A stretch of 64,000 nt of DNA from Eledone cirrhosa. Taxonomy: Eukaryota. Shown here piece by piece: positions 1 to 13,335 of the stretch; the stretch's first letter is position 1; each line of letters starts with the position of its first letter. Location: contig OZ024743.1 of the NCBI GenBank assembly GCA_964016885.1, positions 38,378,001 through 38,442,000 on the forward strand, given 5' to 3'. Made by a program: the position numbers and the translations under genes. The notes under the pieces are model-generated. The model did no database searches and was not told where the DNA came from. It saw nothing but the letters and a program-made list of their open reading frames with translations.

Positions 1-1393
1 GCCCTCCTTGATCCTCTTCTTGGCTCTCTGAAGTTCCTCTCTGGTGAAGGGCTCTGTCTCAACATCCTGTTCCTCAAACAGCCGCCTGATCTCCCCAGTG
101 CTCTGCGCTGTGGAGGGTGGCACTGCTAGTAGGGTCCTAAAATGATCTAGCCATTTCCTCTTCCTATCCTCGGGCCCCGTTCCCTGGATCTGACTCGAAT
201 ACCTTCTCTTCCTCCCTGTGATCTCGTTGATGATCTTCCAGCTCTCCTTACATCCAGATCTGTCAACCGCTCTCTCCACACTTCTGATCTTCTCTATCAG
301 TGCCTCTTCTCTGAGCTCAGTGTAAGCGGTACAGATTTCTTCCCTCATCACCTCCAAAGTCTCCATCATCTCCTCCGTAGCATCAGCATAGAATTGGTCC
401 TTGGCAGCTTTCAGGTGTTCTCTGGCTGCACACATTTTTGGGTTTGCAGAGCTGACGTGCTTCCTTTTGTTCTTTTTCCCCGGCACCAGGGCTTCACTTG
501 CTTCCGCCACTGCATTGGTGAAGTGCCCGTACCTCCGCTTCACACTCTCCTCTGACTCTCCACACAGAGCACTAAACCTGTTTCTCACTTCCACTGTGAA
601 CCTCTCCTGTAGCTTATCATCTTCCTTGAAAGCTCCCCAGTCATAGATTGCTCTCCGGGGCCGAGCCTTGCTCTTTCTTAAGCTCACCCGGACCTCACTC
701 ATAGCAAGCCGGTGGTCACTACCCAGTGTACTGAAATAGTTGTATGGTTCTGTGTTCAGAACACTATTCCGCCACTTTTTCCTCACCAGAATGAAATCAA
801 TCTGGGACTTGGACAGGTGCATATCTGAGATGTAGGTCCACATCTTCCCCAGATTCTTCCTAAACCTTAGGTTGGTCGCTATCAAGTTCGCCTCCAGCAG
901 GATGTCTCTCAGTAGTCTTCCATTTCGGTTGGTGTTGTTATGGAAGTACCAGCAAGGATCCTCACTGCTCTCCTTACACAGATGTGCATTGAGTCCCCCA
1001 AAACAAGCAGGATATTGTGTGCTTGAGTGGTGTTGACAGCTCTACATACCTCCTCATGGAACTCCTCCGCACTCACATCACTGTCCCTCTCTGTGGCTCT
1101 AAGCCAGCAGAGTCATAACGACCAGGCTGCTCCTTGACAGTGTAATTAGGGGCTCTAACCCTAGTGCTGTTAGATCGACTCTCCATATTTCTTTTCAATG
1201 GCTGACAATACCTTACCGGCGCCACTCGAATAAGGTAGTTATTTAGCCCATAAATGGAGCCCTAACAGGTACTACTACCCCGGGCCAGGGCAGACCTGGG
1301 AGTCATTACAACTAAGGGGTATCTCCACATTCCCCACAACTCCTGAACTCTCGAACTGGAGCCTTGCCACTGGATGTAGTTTAATGTCATACC
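1..1393 (-). mobile_element. RTE-like non-LTR retrotransposon, 5' part (5' UTR, ORF start, internally deleted APE endonuclease), running off the window start
   Basis: Minus-strand translation gives HNILLVLGD...NRNGRLL...ATNLRFRK...WTY...SQIDFILVRKKWRNSV...LGSDHRL, an APE endonuclease with the SDH motif. ATG at 1186. The ORF start joins directly to the PTE..EEF segment near 1097, which implies an internal deletion. Confidence 0.85.
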
Positions 1394-2023
1394 TATATAT
1401 ATGTTTCTTAATTTCTCTGTCTCGCATGGATTGAAATCAGTTGTGTTCAGGCTTGGAGTGGGAAGGGATCAGTCAGTTTAGACACCCAATTGACACTATA
1501 TATCACAACGGCATCCCTTTGACTCCATCAGGTTGTAAGGCATATGCACGTGATGTTTGTATTATGGTGTTATTTTGCGGGAAGGGGTGATTGTTTTTCC
1601 CATATGCTATAAGATTTGTTGCCGAATACAGATAGTGAAGAATATATACTCTGCTATATCGATTGGTTGTTGATTCCAAAAGACACAATCTCTTTGATAA
1701 TGTTTTGTTGGTTAAGGTCAGTTAAATCCTATGCACACGATGTCTTGAGTTATGTTCTTCAGTTGAATAGGGTTTGCGTAGGTTGTTACCATGGTGCAGC
1801 CTGTATTTCTATGTGTGTGTTTAACATTATGAAATTTGTAACATTTTATATCAAAAGGCTTGTATTCGTTGTCGTCTTTGTTTCCTCTTATTCATCTACT
1901 TCCCCTTCTTTATCTCATTCTCCTTTTTCTTCTCTTTGCAATCAAACTCCCAGCCTCTTTCTATTTTTTATTTTCCTCCTCTGATTATGATCATTATCTT
2001 CCTAATTATTATTGTTTCTTTAT

Positions 2024-2225
2024 TGGGGCGGAGGATTAGCAGAATCGGTAGAGCGTCGGACACCATGCTTCTCGACATGGTTATGTCCATTTACGTTCAG
2101 CGTTCAAATCCCACAGTGGTTATATTTGCCTTTCAACCTTACCATGTCGCTAAAATAAAGCATAGCCTTTCCCCTTCACGCCAAATTGCTGGCCTTGTGT
2201 CTATTGTAGAAATTATTATTATGAT
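2024..2225 (+). mobile_element. tRNA-derived SINE (octopus OK-type)
   Basis: A-box-like TAGCAGAATCGG, B-box-like GTTCAAATCC, body TTTGCCTTTCA..CTT, tail GGCCTTGTG..GTAGAAATTATT. The family recurs many times in the window. Confidence 0.8.
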
Positions 2226-2244
2226 TATTGTTTTGGTATTATCG

Positions 2245-2447
2245 TAAGAGTGTCCTACAACATGCTTTGTGGTATATAATTACGTCCCTTTACCTTTTGA
2301 GTTCAAATCCCACTGGGATTAGCTTTGAATTTCATTCTTACGGGGTCGAGAAAATAAAGTGACAGTAATGCACTTGGTTCGATTTATACCACTTTCCACT
2401 CTCCCGAAATATTTGACCTTATTCAAAAATCAGAAACCATTATTATT
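2245..2447 (+). mobile_element. tRNA-derived SINE, diverged copy
   Basis: GAGTTCAAATCCCAC...TTTCATTCTTACGGGGTCGAGAAAATAAAGT matches the same family. Confidence 0.7.
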
Positions 2448-2640
2448 TTTATAATATTCATCAGCATGATGATGATTGTCTAATCGGCATTAACCTCATA
2501 AATATTATGAAAGTAACGTGTGCATAAATAATCTAAAGTAAACCAATTTTCTGCAAAACCCGTTTCCTCCTTAACTCTTATTCTAAAATATATACATCAT
2601 ATATGACCAACTGTCATTCTATCTCTCTCATACCACCTTG

Positions 2641-3722
<1,082 letters not shown>

Positions 3723-4722
3723 CTGTATTCAGAAATGTGTTTCCTTAGATCTAACTATCTCTGTTAAGCTGTCTGTTTGCGTTAGTAATTCGTTTTGTAT
3801 ACTTATTCAGTTTAATTTCTCACAAAGGCGCGTTAAATCAAAGTGTTTATAATAATAGTATTTGTGTTATCTTTTGTTTTCTTTCTTTCACTAGTTTTGC
3901 TCATCGTTCTTTCCTTTCGTCTCGTAAATCTTTTGGTCAATTCATTTCCGCTTGGTCTTCAACAAACTTTCATTTTGGCTGTCTTCCATAATGACCTTCC
4001 AGTGAACATTTAATCCAGTTGGCAACGATCAATTTATTATTAATCTTTTGTTATTTTTCGTTAATATGTTTTTGTTTTCCGGACTGCCCATTCATTGCAA
4101 CCCCACTATAATCTAAAAGCTATTATTGAGTGATATATCAAATTTCTATTTTCTGACATTTCAAATATATCGGTAAACAAAGAGAACATTTAATATTCAC
4201 AAAAAAGGAGAAAAAAACAAAACAAAAAAGAACGAAGCAAAACATCACAACAGAGATTGAGAGTAATGAATGGTAGTATAAATAACACTAGACCAAACCT
4301 AACATATATGAGTGTCAATAATCAAAAGTCTTGCCAACCTTTGTAACATTAGATTCATCAGAAAAAAAAAATATGTGGAAACATTGTCGAACATCCATTA
4401 TCAATATTAAAGGAAATAATACGATACTTAACTTCTCTTGATTGTTCTTATTTTACACACCTAATCTGTTTATAAACTGCATTTTTATATATAGATATAT
4501 ATTAATGAAAGCAAACGGTAATGAAATTAAATTGAAACATGCCTTTGTGGACAGCTTATATTTCAATTGGTATGGTTATTTCATTAACTATAATTATTAT
4601 TTCGATCGAGAGGAATGATATGTATACAAATATAAATATATATACAATATAATGCAATTAAACTAAAATATCATATTCTCCACACACGCTTAATTCCAAC
4701 GATCTTCGTTAACTTTATATTA

Positions 4723-5391
4723 TACTAGCAGCAGTACCCAGCGTTGCCTGGGTACGTAAAATAATATCTGCTTTGATGAAACCGCTTTGATGAAAATATG
4801 CTACTTGATTGGAAACCGATGAATTCTCAAATACACAACTAAAATATCAGACGACGTCAGTGGCCATCGGTTTGTTTTTGACCATCTATAAGATGTGCAA
4901 TGACAGGTTGTATCGTAGTATAAATGTTGAAACAAATAAATTGATTTATGTGTGAGGTGGAGTCGAATTTGAACGAAATCGGTTGAAAAATGTGGGACTA
5001 GAGCCGAAGAGGCGGAAATTTGAGCGAAAAGGTTGTATTTTCGAATATTTAAGCGGCTGCCACGCCGTTCCTGAACAAAAAGTCATCCAAAATGTACATC
5101 TACTTTAAGACGTGAAATAATCAGATTCAGCGTAGTGTAACATTTGAACAAAGTAGGTTGATTAATGTGGGAGCTAGAGCCAAAAATCTTATTTTTCGAT
5201 ACCTAAAAAAAGGTGAAACCCTATCGATTTTTTCTGTAGAATGACCCCAGATAAAAAAAACCATAGGCTGATATCTGGAAAACACTCCACGATGACTAAT
5301 CTATGAGCCTGTACAATTTTATGAAAATCGGTCCTAAGATGTAGGCCCCTATAGGTAATACACAGATACACAGACACACACACACACATAC

Positions 5392-5400
<9 letters not shown>
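4723..5400 (+). mobile_element. Helentron-associated non-autonomous element (HINE/DINE-1-like)
   Basis: Starts with ACTAGCAGCAGTACCCAGCGTTGCCTGGGTA (subterminal hairpin TACCCAG/CTGGGTA). Has internal repeats of the AATTTGAACGAAATCGG type and ends in ACAG/AC repeats then TTTTATATATA. Confidence 0.6.
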
Positions 5401-5446
<46 letters not shown>

Positions 5447-5544
5447 TGTAATAAACAACATAAGGCAATTATTTCATTTACCAGTTATTTCTTAAAAGCA
5501 AAAAAATGTTGCTCTCAATCATCAGAATGAAAAATTACTGGTGT

Positions 5545-7300
5545 ATTTATTGTCGTGATCTGCCGCTTGGTTGAAGATATCCTCATTGGCGGAGAGCCTC
5601 GAGATCCTATGTGAGATGCTATAGACAATGGAGTTGAGGGTCTGCTTAGGGTGGTTGTAGGCATAATTAATATAAGAATGGCTCTCTCCAGGCTTATGGT
5701 ATGGCTTGTATAGGCCTGTAATCAACTCCAGGGTCACGTACAGGAAGTTGACAACCTGGTTGTTGAGGTCTATAGTTAAGGATATGCCGTATGGCTTGAA
5801 GAACCTGTGTATGTGCTTGTTAAGGTTCTCTATTCTACGACGGCTATGGTTCCTAACGGTAAACAGGGCGTCGTCCCTATATACTCCTCCTTATGGAGGA
5901 GGCATATTCCGACCATGTCGGTTGCTTGCGCCGAGTCGCTGGAGCCCATCGTAATATCGAAGTTAACAGGACAGTTGGTTCTGGTCCAGTGGGAGCCTTC
6001 GAAATGGATAATGGTTCTACGCGCCGCTAGAACTATGTCTATTTCTTTTTTAGTGAGGCTAGTGTTAGATTTAGCTAATTTGAGTGCATTATTTAAGAGT
6101 ATGGGGCAGATAGGGTCGTAGTAACTATCTATGTCAAACTGGATGAACTTCAGTGAATCTTTATCAGGCAACGCGGTGAACCAATCTATGACCTGGTCGG
6201 TGTTGCTCCAGAGGCGGACCTTAGCCTATCTATTAAGCTCCAGTAGTACTCTATCAAGGATCACTTTACTAATCTTACCTATATCAGATGTAGAGGGACA
6301 TATTAGTCTAATAGAGGGGCTTTCATTAAAGTTACATTTGTGATCTTTAAGAACCTAGGCGTCAGAGGGAGATATGGGTTTCTAAGCTAGTAACTACATC
6401 CTTCTCTACTCTATTTATGTAATTTAAGGTACTAATGGGTGTCTTTTTGTAGTCTTTGTGTAGTTATTTATAGACGAATTTTTTATACTTGCTCGCGTCC
6501 ATCTTGTACAGCTTCTTGGCTTTGTCAGGGGTGACAAAAAGGTGTGGGTCATTCTTGATCTTGGTGATGAGTGTATCAAGGGACGTTAAGAATAGATTGC
6601 TGCATCGGTGTCTTTTTGAACTTAATGTTTCTGATCATTTTCAGCAGGTCCTCCTCAAAGGAGTCTAGCAAGGTGTTGTGCGGTGGGTTTCGGTATGTTA
6701 TGAAGCCATACCTCTCTTTAGGTTCAGGAAGGTTACGGGTGTTATTATCCAGGTGGTAGGCCTTTCATCTAACTCTTTGTATAAACGAGTTAATAGCATC
6801 CATGAGTTGTTTGAGGTAGGTTTTTCTGCTGTGTAAGGGGATACACTTGAGAGACATGGGTAACGGCTGATTCTCCAACATGGTGACAAATAAAGAGAGA
6901 TGCAAAAGGAGCACGATAATAGAATATTTACGTGTCGAGAGAGAGAAGGAAGGATAGGCGATACATGTAGTTATTTGCCAAATAGAGTATGCAGAGAGTG
7001 CTCAATACTAGTGCCGGAAGTGTTAAATATTAGAAGTGTTAACGTCTAGTGGGCGAGAGAATTAGCAGAGCGGAAGAACGTGGTGAAGTAAAATACAGGA
7101 AAACAGACCGTTAAAACATGTTTATTTAAAATAGCACCCACGTACGTTTCGCCCGAATGGGCTTCTCAAGGGCATAATAACTAAAAAGCGTTGCTTACAT
7201 GACCCGGAATGGGTTTTTAGAGATATGTTCACGTCAGAGTTCATTCTTCGTAAAAAAACATGATTTTATTTGGCAGTAGGTCAAGGGAGATAACACTGGA
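5545..7300 (-). mobile_element. Penelope-like element, Hydra-like clade, copy A (degenerate RT plus upstream pseudo-LTR)
   Basis: Minus translation: SLKCIP..YLKQL..FIQRVR*KA, FIQFDIDSYY, FDITMGSSDSAQATDMVG, GVYRDDAL, YKPYHKP..YINYAYNHP. Same family as 27081-29801. Confidence 0.9.
7134..7173 (-). ncRNA. Hammerhead ribozyme motif, U3-A8 variant (cleavage triplet mutated to GUG)
   Basis: GCCC-UUGAGAA-GCCC AUUC GGGC-GAAAC GUAC GUG-GGUGC. Confidence 0.6.
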
Positions 7301-7495
7301 CGGTGTTCTCCTGTATTTTACTTCTCCACGTGCTTACGCTCTGCTAATTCTCTCGCCCACTAGATAATAACACTTCTAATATTTAACACTGCCGGCACTA
7401 GTGTTGAGCACCCTCTGCATACGCTATTTTGCAAATAACTACATGTATCACCTATCCCTCCTTTTCTCTCTCTCCATATGTTAATATTATCTCTC
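7301..7495 (+). repeat. Inverted copy of the PLE pseudo-LTR segment 6921-7110
   Basis: Imperfect reverse complement of 6921-7110, ending in a CT/TA microsatellite. Confidence 0.9.
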
Positions 7496-7989
7496 TCTCT
7501 CTATATATATATTTCCACATGCTGAATTCACCGCCAAATACAGGGGTTACCTCCCTCGCAGAGTAATACACGTGGAGTTATCACTACTACATATTGCTAC
7601 TGCCGTAATCCCCCACGCTGGCTGAGAACAAAATACCTGTTGACGAAGTGGTAGCCTTGTTCGATCATTATATCAAATGCTTAATATGGAAGCAGGCAGT
7701 ATAATTGATTTAGGTGTCGCAGAAATCCTTTACTGGATTATACCATCAATTCCGGGGGTCCAGGTAAATAGATTTTTGTTTGACCTGTTTAGCTTGCTTC
7801 GGTTCTTTTGGCTTAGGTGGCTGATGGCTTCTTGACCGCCATTCTCAGTTTGTTTGGTCTCTATAACCTATGATTATTGATCTGGTCTTTTTTTTTCGTC
7901 CATGTAACGCTTGCCGCATAACTTGGAAATTGCGTTTCGCTTTGTTTTCGACCACTGCCGAAATTCGATATCGCGGAAATTATATTTGT

Positions 7990-8038
<49 letters not shown>

Positions 8039-8318
8039 AGTTAATATAAATTAATATATATGATAAACACAAATACCAACATATAAGTGTTTGTATTGTA
8101 AATGACTAAGTTAGCTAGATTGAAAAATACTAGTTATAATAATACAGTTTGCCTGTCTCGATTTAAAATAATAAATCAATAAAAACAAACCATATTGGCA
8201 AATGGCCGTGGTACTTGGACAAATTTAAATTTCAAAATCCAAACCTGTTCCGTAGATAAGTTTAAACTTCAAAATCCAAATGTAAAGGACTGTTTGAGTT
8301 TAGAACTCTTTATTCATA

Positions 8319-8354
<36 letters not shown>

Positions 8355-8369
8355 GTACGCACACACACA

Positions 8370-8665
8370 AATATATACGTGGTAGGCTTGATTATCTATG
8401 ACTTAAACATACACAATTACTGATTATAAATAAAATATCAGGTTTATTTTAAGAGCAATATTATTGCCGTCTACGAGCGATATTGTATTATTAACTAAGA
8501 GTGCAGATATCGAATATGTGTGTGTGTGAGTGAATCTTGTCTGAAAAACCCGTGTGCAGATGTGAAAATCTATTGTAACAAGACTCAGTAGTTAGTTTTA
8601 ATAAATGCTATTTAACACTGCCTCTGTATTGAGCATCATTCTCACATACCTCATTTAAGACGGAT
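8370..8665 (+). mobile_element. Solo PLE pseudo-LTR-like fragment with a decayed hammerhead (8532-8586)
   Basis: TCTTGT-CTGAAAA...GAAAA..TTGTA-ACAAGA (6-bp stem I, G8 lost), followed by AATAAA and a (TA)n end. Confidence 0.45.
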
Positions 8666-9166
8666 ATATATATATATATAAATACCTTGAGCCCAGTTTC
8701 CCTAATGAACCCAACTTCCCTGCACAGTTTCTTTAATTTCGTACACATACGCTTGTACTTCCTTCTCTACTCTGAGTTACTGTTGTCCATAATTCGTAAG
8801 CCAAAGAACTAACAACTTCATTAAACAGTCATATGTTTACTCGTATATAAATAAACATATACTCGGAAATGAATAGTATCTGGCACACAGAAGTCTACAC
8901 CTACACAGTCGCTGACTATATAGCTTCTTTTCACACGTGGAGTTAGGAGATGATCCGTGAAGCTGCACTACTTATTAAATCCAAGCGCAAAATTCCCATC
9001 CCTGAAGACCTGGAAACGCTTCCAAACATGCGTTTGAAATTGTGCTAAACATTCTCTGAATCAAAGAAGAACTTTCATGACAATAAATTTGATCTGAAGG
9101 AAGTTTAGCGAGGATGATTCAATGAGTGCAAATTTGCCAACCGATACCTCATTCAAGACTCCACAT

Positions 9167-9459
9167 CTAAACCAACCAGCGTCGTTCTTCTGAGAAAGTA
9201 ATGGGTGTCACTGAATCAGATCTGTACAACACATACCAGGGTATCCCATCATCGCCATTGATGGAAAAGTAAAGACATCCCAGCATGTAACTCTCGTTAA
9301 CTTGACCAGACAATTTTGCATATTTTTCGGGATTGTCAACGCAGATATTTTCCCGGTGGCCTGGAGGCAATCCATAATGCTGCAAATGCATGCCATGTTC
9401 TGGTTCCCCGGTCTCGACCTTCCTCTCTAACTTGTTCCTAGCTGAGTAGACTGTAACGC
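9167..9459 (-). CDS. Probable terminal coding exon of an unidentified host gene (about 97 aa: VTVYSARNKLERKVETGEPEHG...ESYMLGCLYFSINGDDGIPWYVLYRSD...RRWLV*)
   Basis: Strong acceptor TTTTATTTTAGTTTTTCAG at 9460, then an open, high-complexity frame (phase 1) to TAG at 9167. GC is higher than in the flanks and no TE motif is recognisable. Confidence 0.6.
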
Positions 9460-11245
9460 CTGAAAAACTAAAATAAAACAACTGAATTCTTCGTTCTCAT
9501 GGAAACAGTAGGTAGCCTGTACCATGGCGATTTCACAATCTTGCAATCGTAAGCTCAACATGTTTCATACTACTATGCTATTGAAATACATGTTATTAAG
9601 TGCATTGCATGAATTTGGTATTTAACATCTAATACCTATCTCCAATAGTTAGTCTATTATAAATTATGAATGTTGTGAGATATTTCTCATTTTGACGGTT
9701 TATTTAAGATAATGATTACGAGCATTAGGAAATCTATTTCAATGACCAAATGAAATCTTACCCCTGTACGATAAGTACATAACTCCACGTTGTTTTGAAG
9801 CATAATCAAAATATATTGTGGCAACTCTGTAATGTAGTTTGAATTTCGATACCGTTGTATCCTGTGAAGAGATATTACTGAAGCCGATCAGAAAGCTCCG
9901 TAGCGAAAATTAGCATTTCAGAATTTCGTAACAAATTTCTTTAAAATATCAATTATTTCCTAATATGCCTAGTATTGTCTTGATCTTCCTATTTGAGAAT
10001 GCCTTTACTTTTAGGAACGTCTACCTATGTGAGGTTCCCTCAATCCTACGTACCGCAAAGCTTTCCTGTTAGTTTTCAGTATCCCCTGTGATATGGGGTA
10101 GAATATTGAAAGCAAATCTAGTGTAATAAAACAGTTATTTCGTTCATTATATACAGAGAAAATACGTAAAGTGATTGAAATCAATAAAGTTAGACGTAGT
10201 AACGATTGATCCTCCAGATACTGCCAAACATTCAATCCCAAAATCTTATTATGGGTGTAAAGAAAGATATATATTCAACCATTGAAATATATGAATAGGG
10301 AACTAGCAAAAAAATTGGCAAAAGGTACAGCATTCTTATGGAACAAGTAGAAAAGTCTTAATTGTGCTCTCATTGGATAGATGTATTTTGGGACAGAACA
10401 AAACGGAAATGACGACATTATTCTGAAGATGTGTCATGTACTTTATTGATAATTACTGGAAAAATTCTCGTTTGTTGTTTCGATCGTGTGAGGGCGAATA
10501 TTCATTGTACTAGATTATAGGAAAGTGATTTGAAGTACGCAGGAAATAATAATAAATTTCTAGATAATCTTCATATCAGTAATCATTAGGGGAGATATTG
10601 GCATCCGAAAGAGATTTAATCAAAGATCTAAACGATTAGAATCAACTATGGAGTCTCTATGTATACACTCGATGAACCTATAATAATCGCATTTTGTCAG
10701 TTCACATTTTAATAAGTTCAAACAGGAATGTTTCACTGGACAAGGAAACCTTATATACGTAATGATTGAAAATAAATCTTGTATGTTAATGACAAAGCCG
10801 AAATCTGTGTAACCAAGGGATGCTTAATGCTCTGGAACATCAACAAGAACAACCTCAACAACAGCTATATCAACAGCTACAAGAGAAGAATATTCACAAA
10901 GCCATCTTCAAACACCAGAAACATCACAAAACTCAATTACCATGTAAATTATTCATTAACTATACTGATACTACTTTATGATAAATATCAGCAGGTCGTC
11001 TATAAAATGTCAACCGGGTTATAGATGTTCTTGACATGCCATTGGAAATAATGAGCATCAAAAATTTACAATCACACATTATATATAATCTATAGTAGCC
11101 GCTATTATTATACGACGCCTTCAATACGGTGTTGAACGAAAGTTATGTTGTTAACGGTGCTATATATTTATGATATAAGTGTGTATTGATTACGTTTTAC
11201 AGCAACGGATGTTTGATGATCAATATATATATATATATATATATG

Positions 11246-11341
<96 letters not shown>

Positions 11342-11344
<3 letters not shown>

Positions 11345-12700
11345 TGGTGTGAATGGATGAAAACACCACTAACATCGGCAGCTGAGAACCATTCAACTTA
11401 CGAAGCTTTACTTACATATATAAATGAATCAGGAGCCAATATATAAGACAGTATATAGAGAAGAATACACATAGGCTGCCAGAAATCTGTATCTGAAAGG
11501 TTGGACAGAGATGGCGATTGCGTACATCACGTCCGTCATCTACTACCGAACGTCGTGTGTTGACCTAGTCTAGGTATGACAGCACTGGCGTGTTTGATCT
11601 TTTCTCTTTGTTGAAGGGACTCATGTCAAAGTTTAGGCTGCCCATTTTCTACCAACACCTGTTGAGTGGAAAATGTGGCATGCCATGTCTGATGATGCGT
11701 AAACATGTGCTCAGTTTATGTCATCTCCAAGTTTACCACGACGGTGAAATGGTGAGGTCACTGTTTACTAGACGCAGTTTTCCACAACTCGCTTCCTGAA
11801 CAGAACTGCAGTGCTGGGTTAAGTGAAGACCAATAGAGAGCCCTAGCCAATCGGACAGTGGATTCTGTGGAAACTCCAAATTAGATTTCTGTCGGGTAGA
11901 ACGAATGAATTTCTAGGTTGGGTTGAGGGTGTGGTGTCTCCAGAGATCAACGAAAATCGACTAGCTACTCTTTTCCAGTGGACTTTCAGTCCTGGCCTTA
12001 TCGATAACTTCCAGGATTCCCTGGTCTGGTAATGTTTTACCAGTTCACATAATTTCTATACGCAGAATAATTTCTACACGCAGTTGTCAAGTGTCCGAGC
12101 ATTGCTGATTAGTGGGTTTTTGTCGACCACATTCTGTCACGAATGGGACGGATCCGACTATGAACTGAGTCCACTGTGAAGATCTCCCCGCAGTCTTCCT
12201 TTATTGGCGATTGACAGGCAGTTTTTATCTGCCTATTGGCCATAGAAAAAGAGGTCATGTGGTGTACGCGCTTGACATGATTGAAGACTAGCATGTTACT
12301 CTCTGTCGAAGCATTAATAAACTTTTTCAGGTTTCACCTGAAGAGAAAGATCAGGGTAGAGTTTAAAATGTTACCTTCCAACCAGTTTATTGAAGGTTTG
12401 GCGTGAGAGTTGAGCATTGTCCGAGTGAATGGTTTTGCTCTGAGTATGCCCCTGTAAATTAGAGGAGGATAACTGAGAGGGCAATTTCTACAGCGGTCAA
12501 AGTTACTGTTGCTTTTTGTGGGCTTTCTCCATGAGTGACCCTCACTCGTATCTCCATTTTGAGGGAATAAGTCATGTTTTATTTTCTTAAATGTTTATGT
12601 TTACTCTTCTTTATAATCCTTTCTCACACACAAACACTTACTCTGTACCACTATGTACCGTTTTATTAATCACTTAATGTAAGCCTTGTGGGACTATACA
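11342..12700 (-). mobile_element. Degenerate, unclassified transposon-like segment (possibly LTR-retroelement-derived)
   Basis: A GC-richer block starting abruptly at a (TA)n tract, with a minus-strand end ...CACACCACCA and broken reading frames. No diagnostic motif recognised. Confidence 0.3.
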
Positions 12701-12734
12701 AATAAATTAGTATTATACATTTTTAATTATTATT

Positions 12735-12932
12735 GTGGAGGTGGAGTGGCAGCATCGTAGAGCGTTGGATACTCTCCATCGTGTCATAGAACTATGACTC
12801 TTTGTATTCTGAGTTCAAGTACTGTCGAGGTTAGCCTTGCCTTTCATCCTTACTAGGTCAATAAAATAACGCACCAGTAATGCACTGGGATAATTGCTGG
12901 CTTTGTACCAAAAGTAGAAACAATTACTTTTA
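12735..12932 (+). mobile_element. tRNA-derived SINE
   Basis: TTCTGAGTTCAAG...CCTTGCCTTTCATCCTTAC...GTAATGCACTGGGATAATTGCTGGC..CAAAAGTAGAAAC. Confidence 0.8.
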
Positions 12933-13145
12933 TTATTATTACTATAATGTATTCATGTTCTTTATTACACGAATGGCCCAGCATGCATCTGAGCTTGACC
13001 TAGGCCAGTAGGTTAGTAAAAGAAACGAGCTTCGAAAATATATGTCTCATGAAATGAGCTCACACTTTTGGACTTCGCTATCGTTACCATCGTCATTGAA
13101 CTTCTTAATTTAATTCAACAGATGCGTTAACGTCTATACACCAAT

Positions 13146-13335
13146 CATTGTTTCTACATTTCGTACAATGCCAGCAATCACCCACTGTATTATTGGTACT
13201 TTATTTTATCGACTCCGTAATGATGAAAGCAAAGTTAACCTCGACGGGATTTGAACTAAGAATGGCAAGGGCCGTAACTCTATGCGTCAAATCATGGTGT
13301 CCGACTCTCTACCGATACTGCCAATGCCCCACCCT
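13146..13335 (-). mobile_element. tRNA-derived SINE
   Basis: Reverse complement of the same SINE (GATGAAAGCAAAGTTAACCTCG..GATTTGAACT on +). Confidence 0.8.

Noticed and set aside
1440-1850. Possible decayed PLE GIY-YIG fragment on the minus strand
   Set aside because: Only faint motif resemblance, too degraded to call.
6762-6770. In-frame TGA in the Hydra-like ORF as selenocysteine
   Set aside because: It occupies the conserved Trp of the RWKA motif in an otherwise decayed copy, so it is best explained as a TGG-to-TGA mutation.
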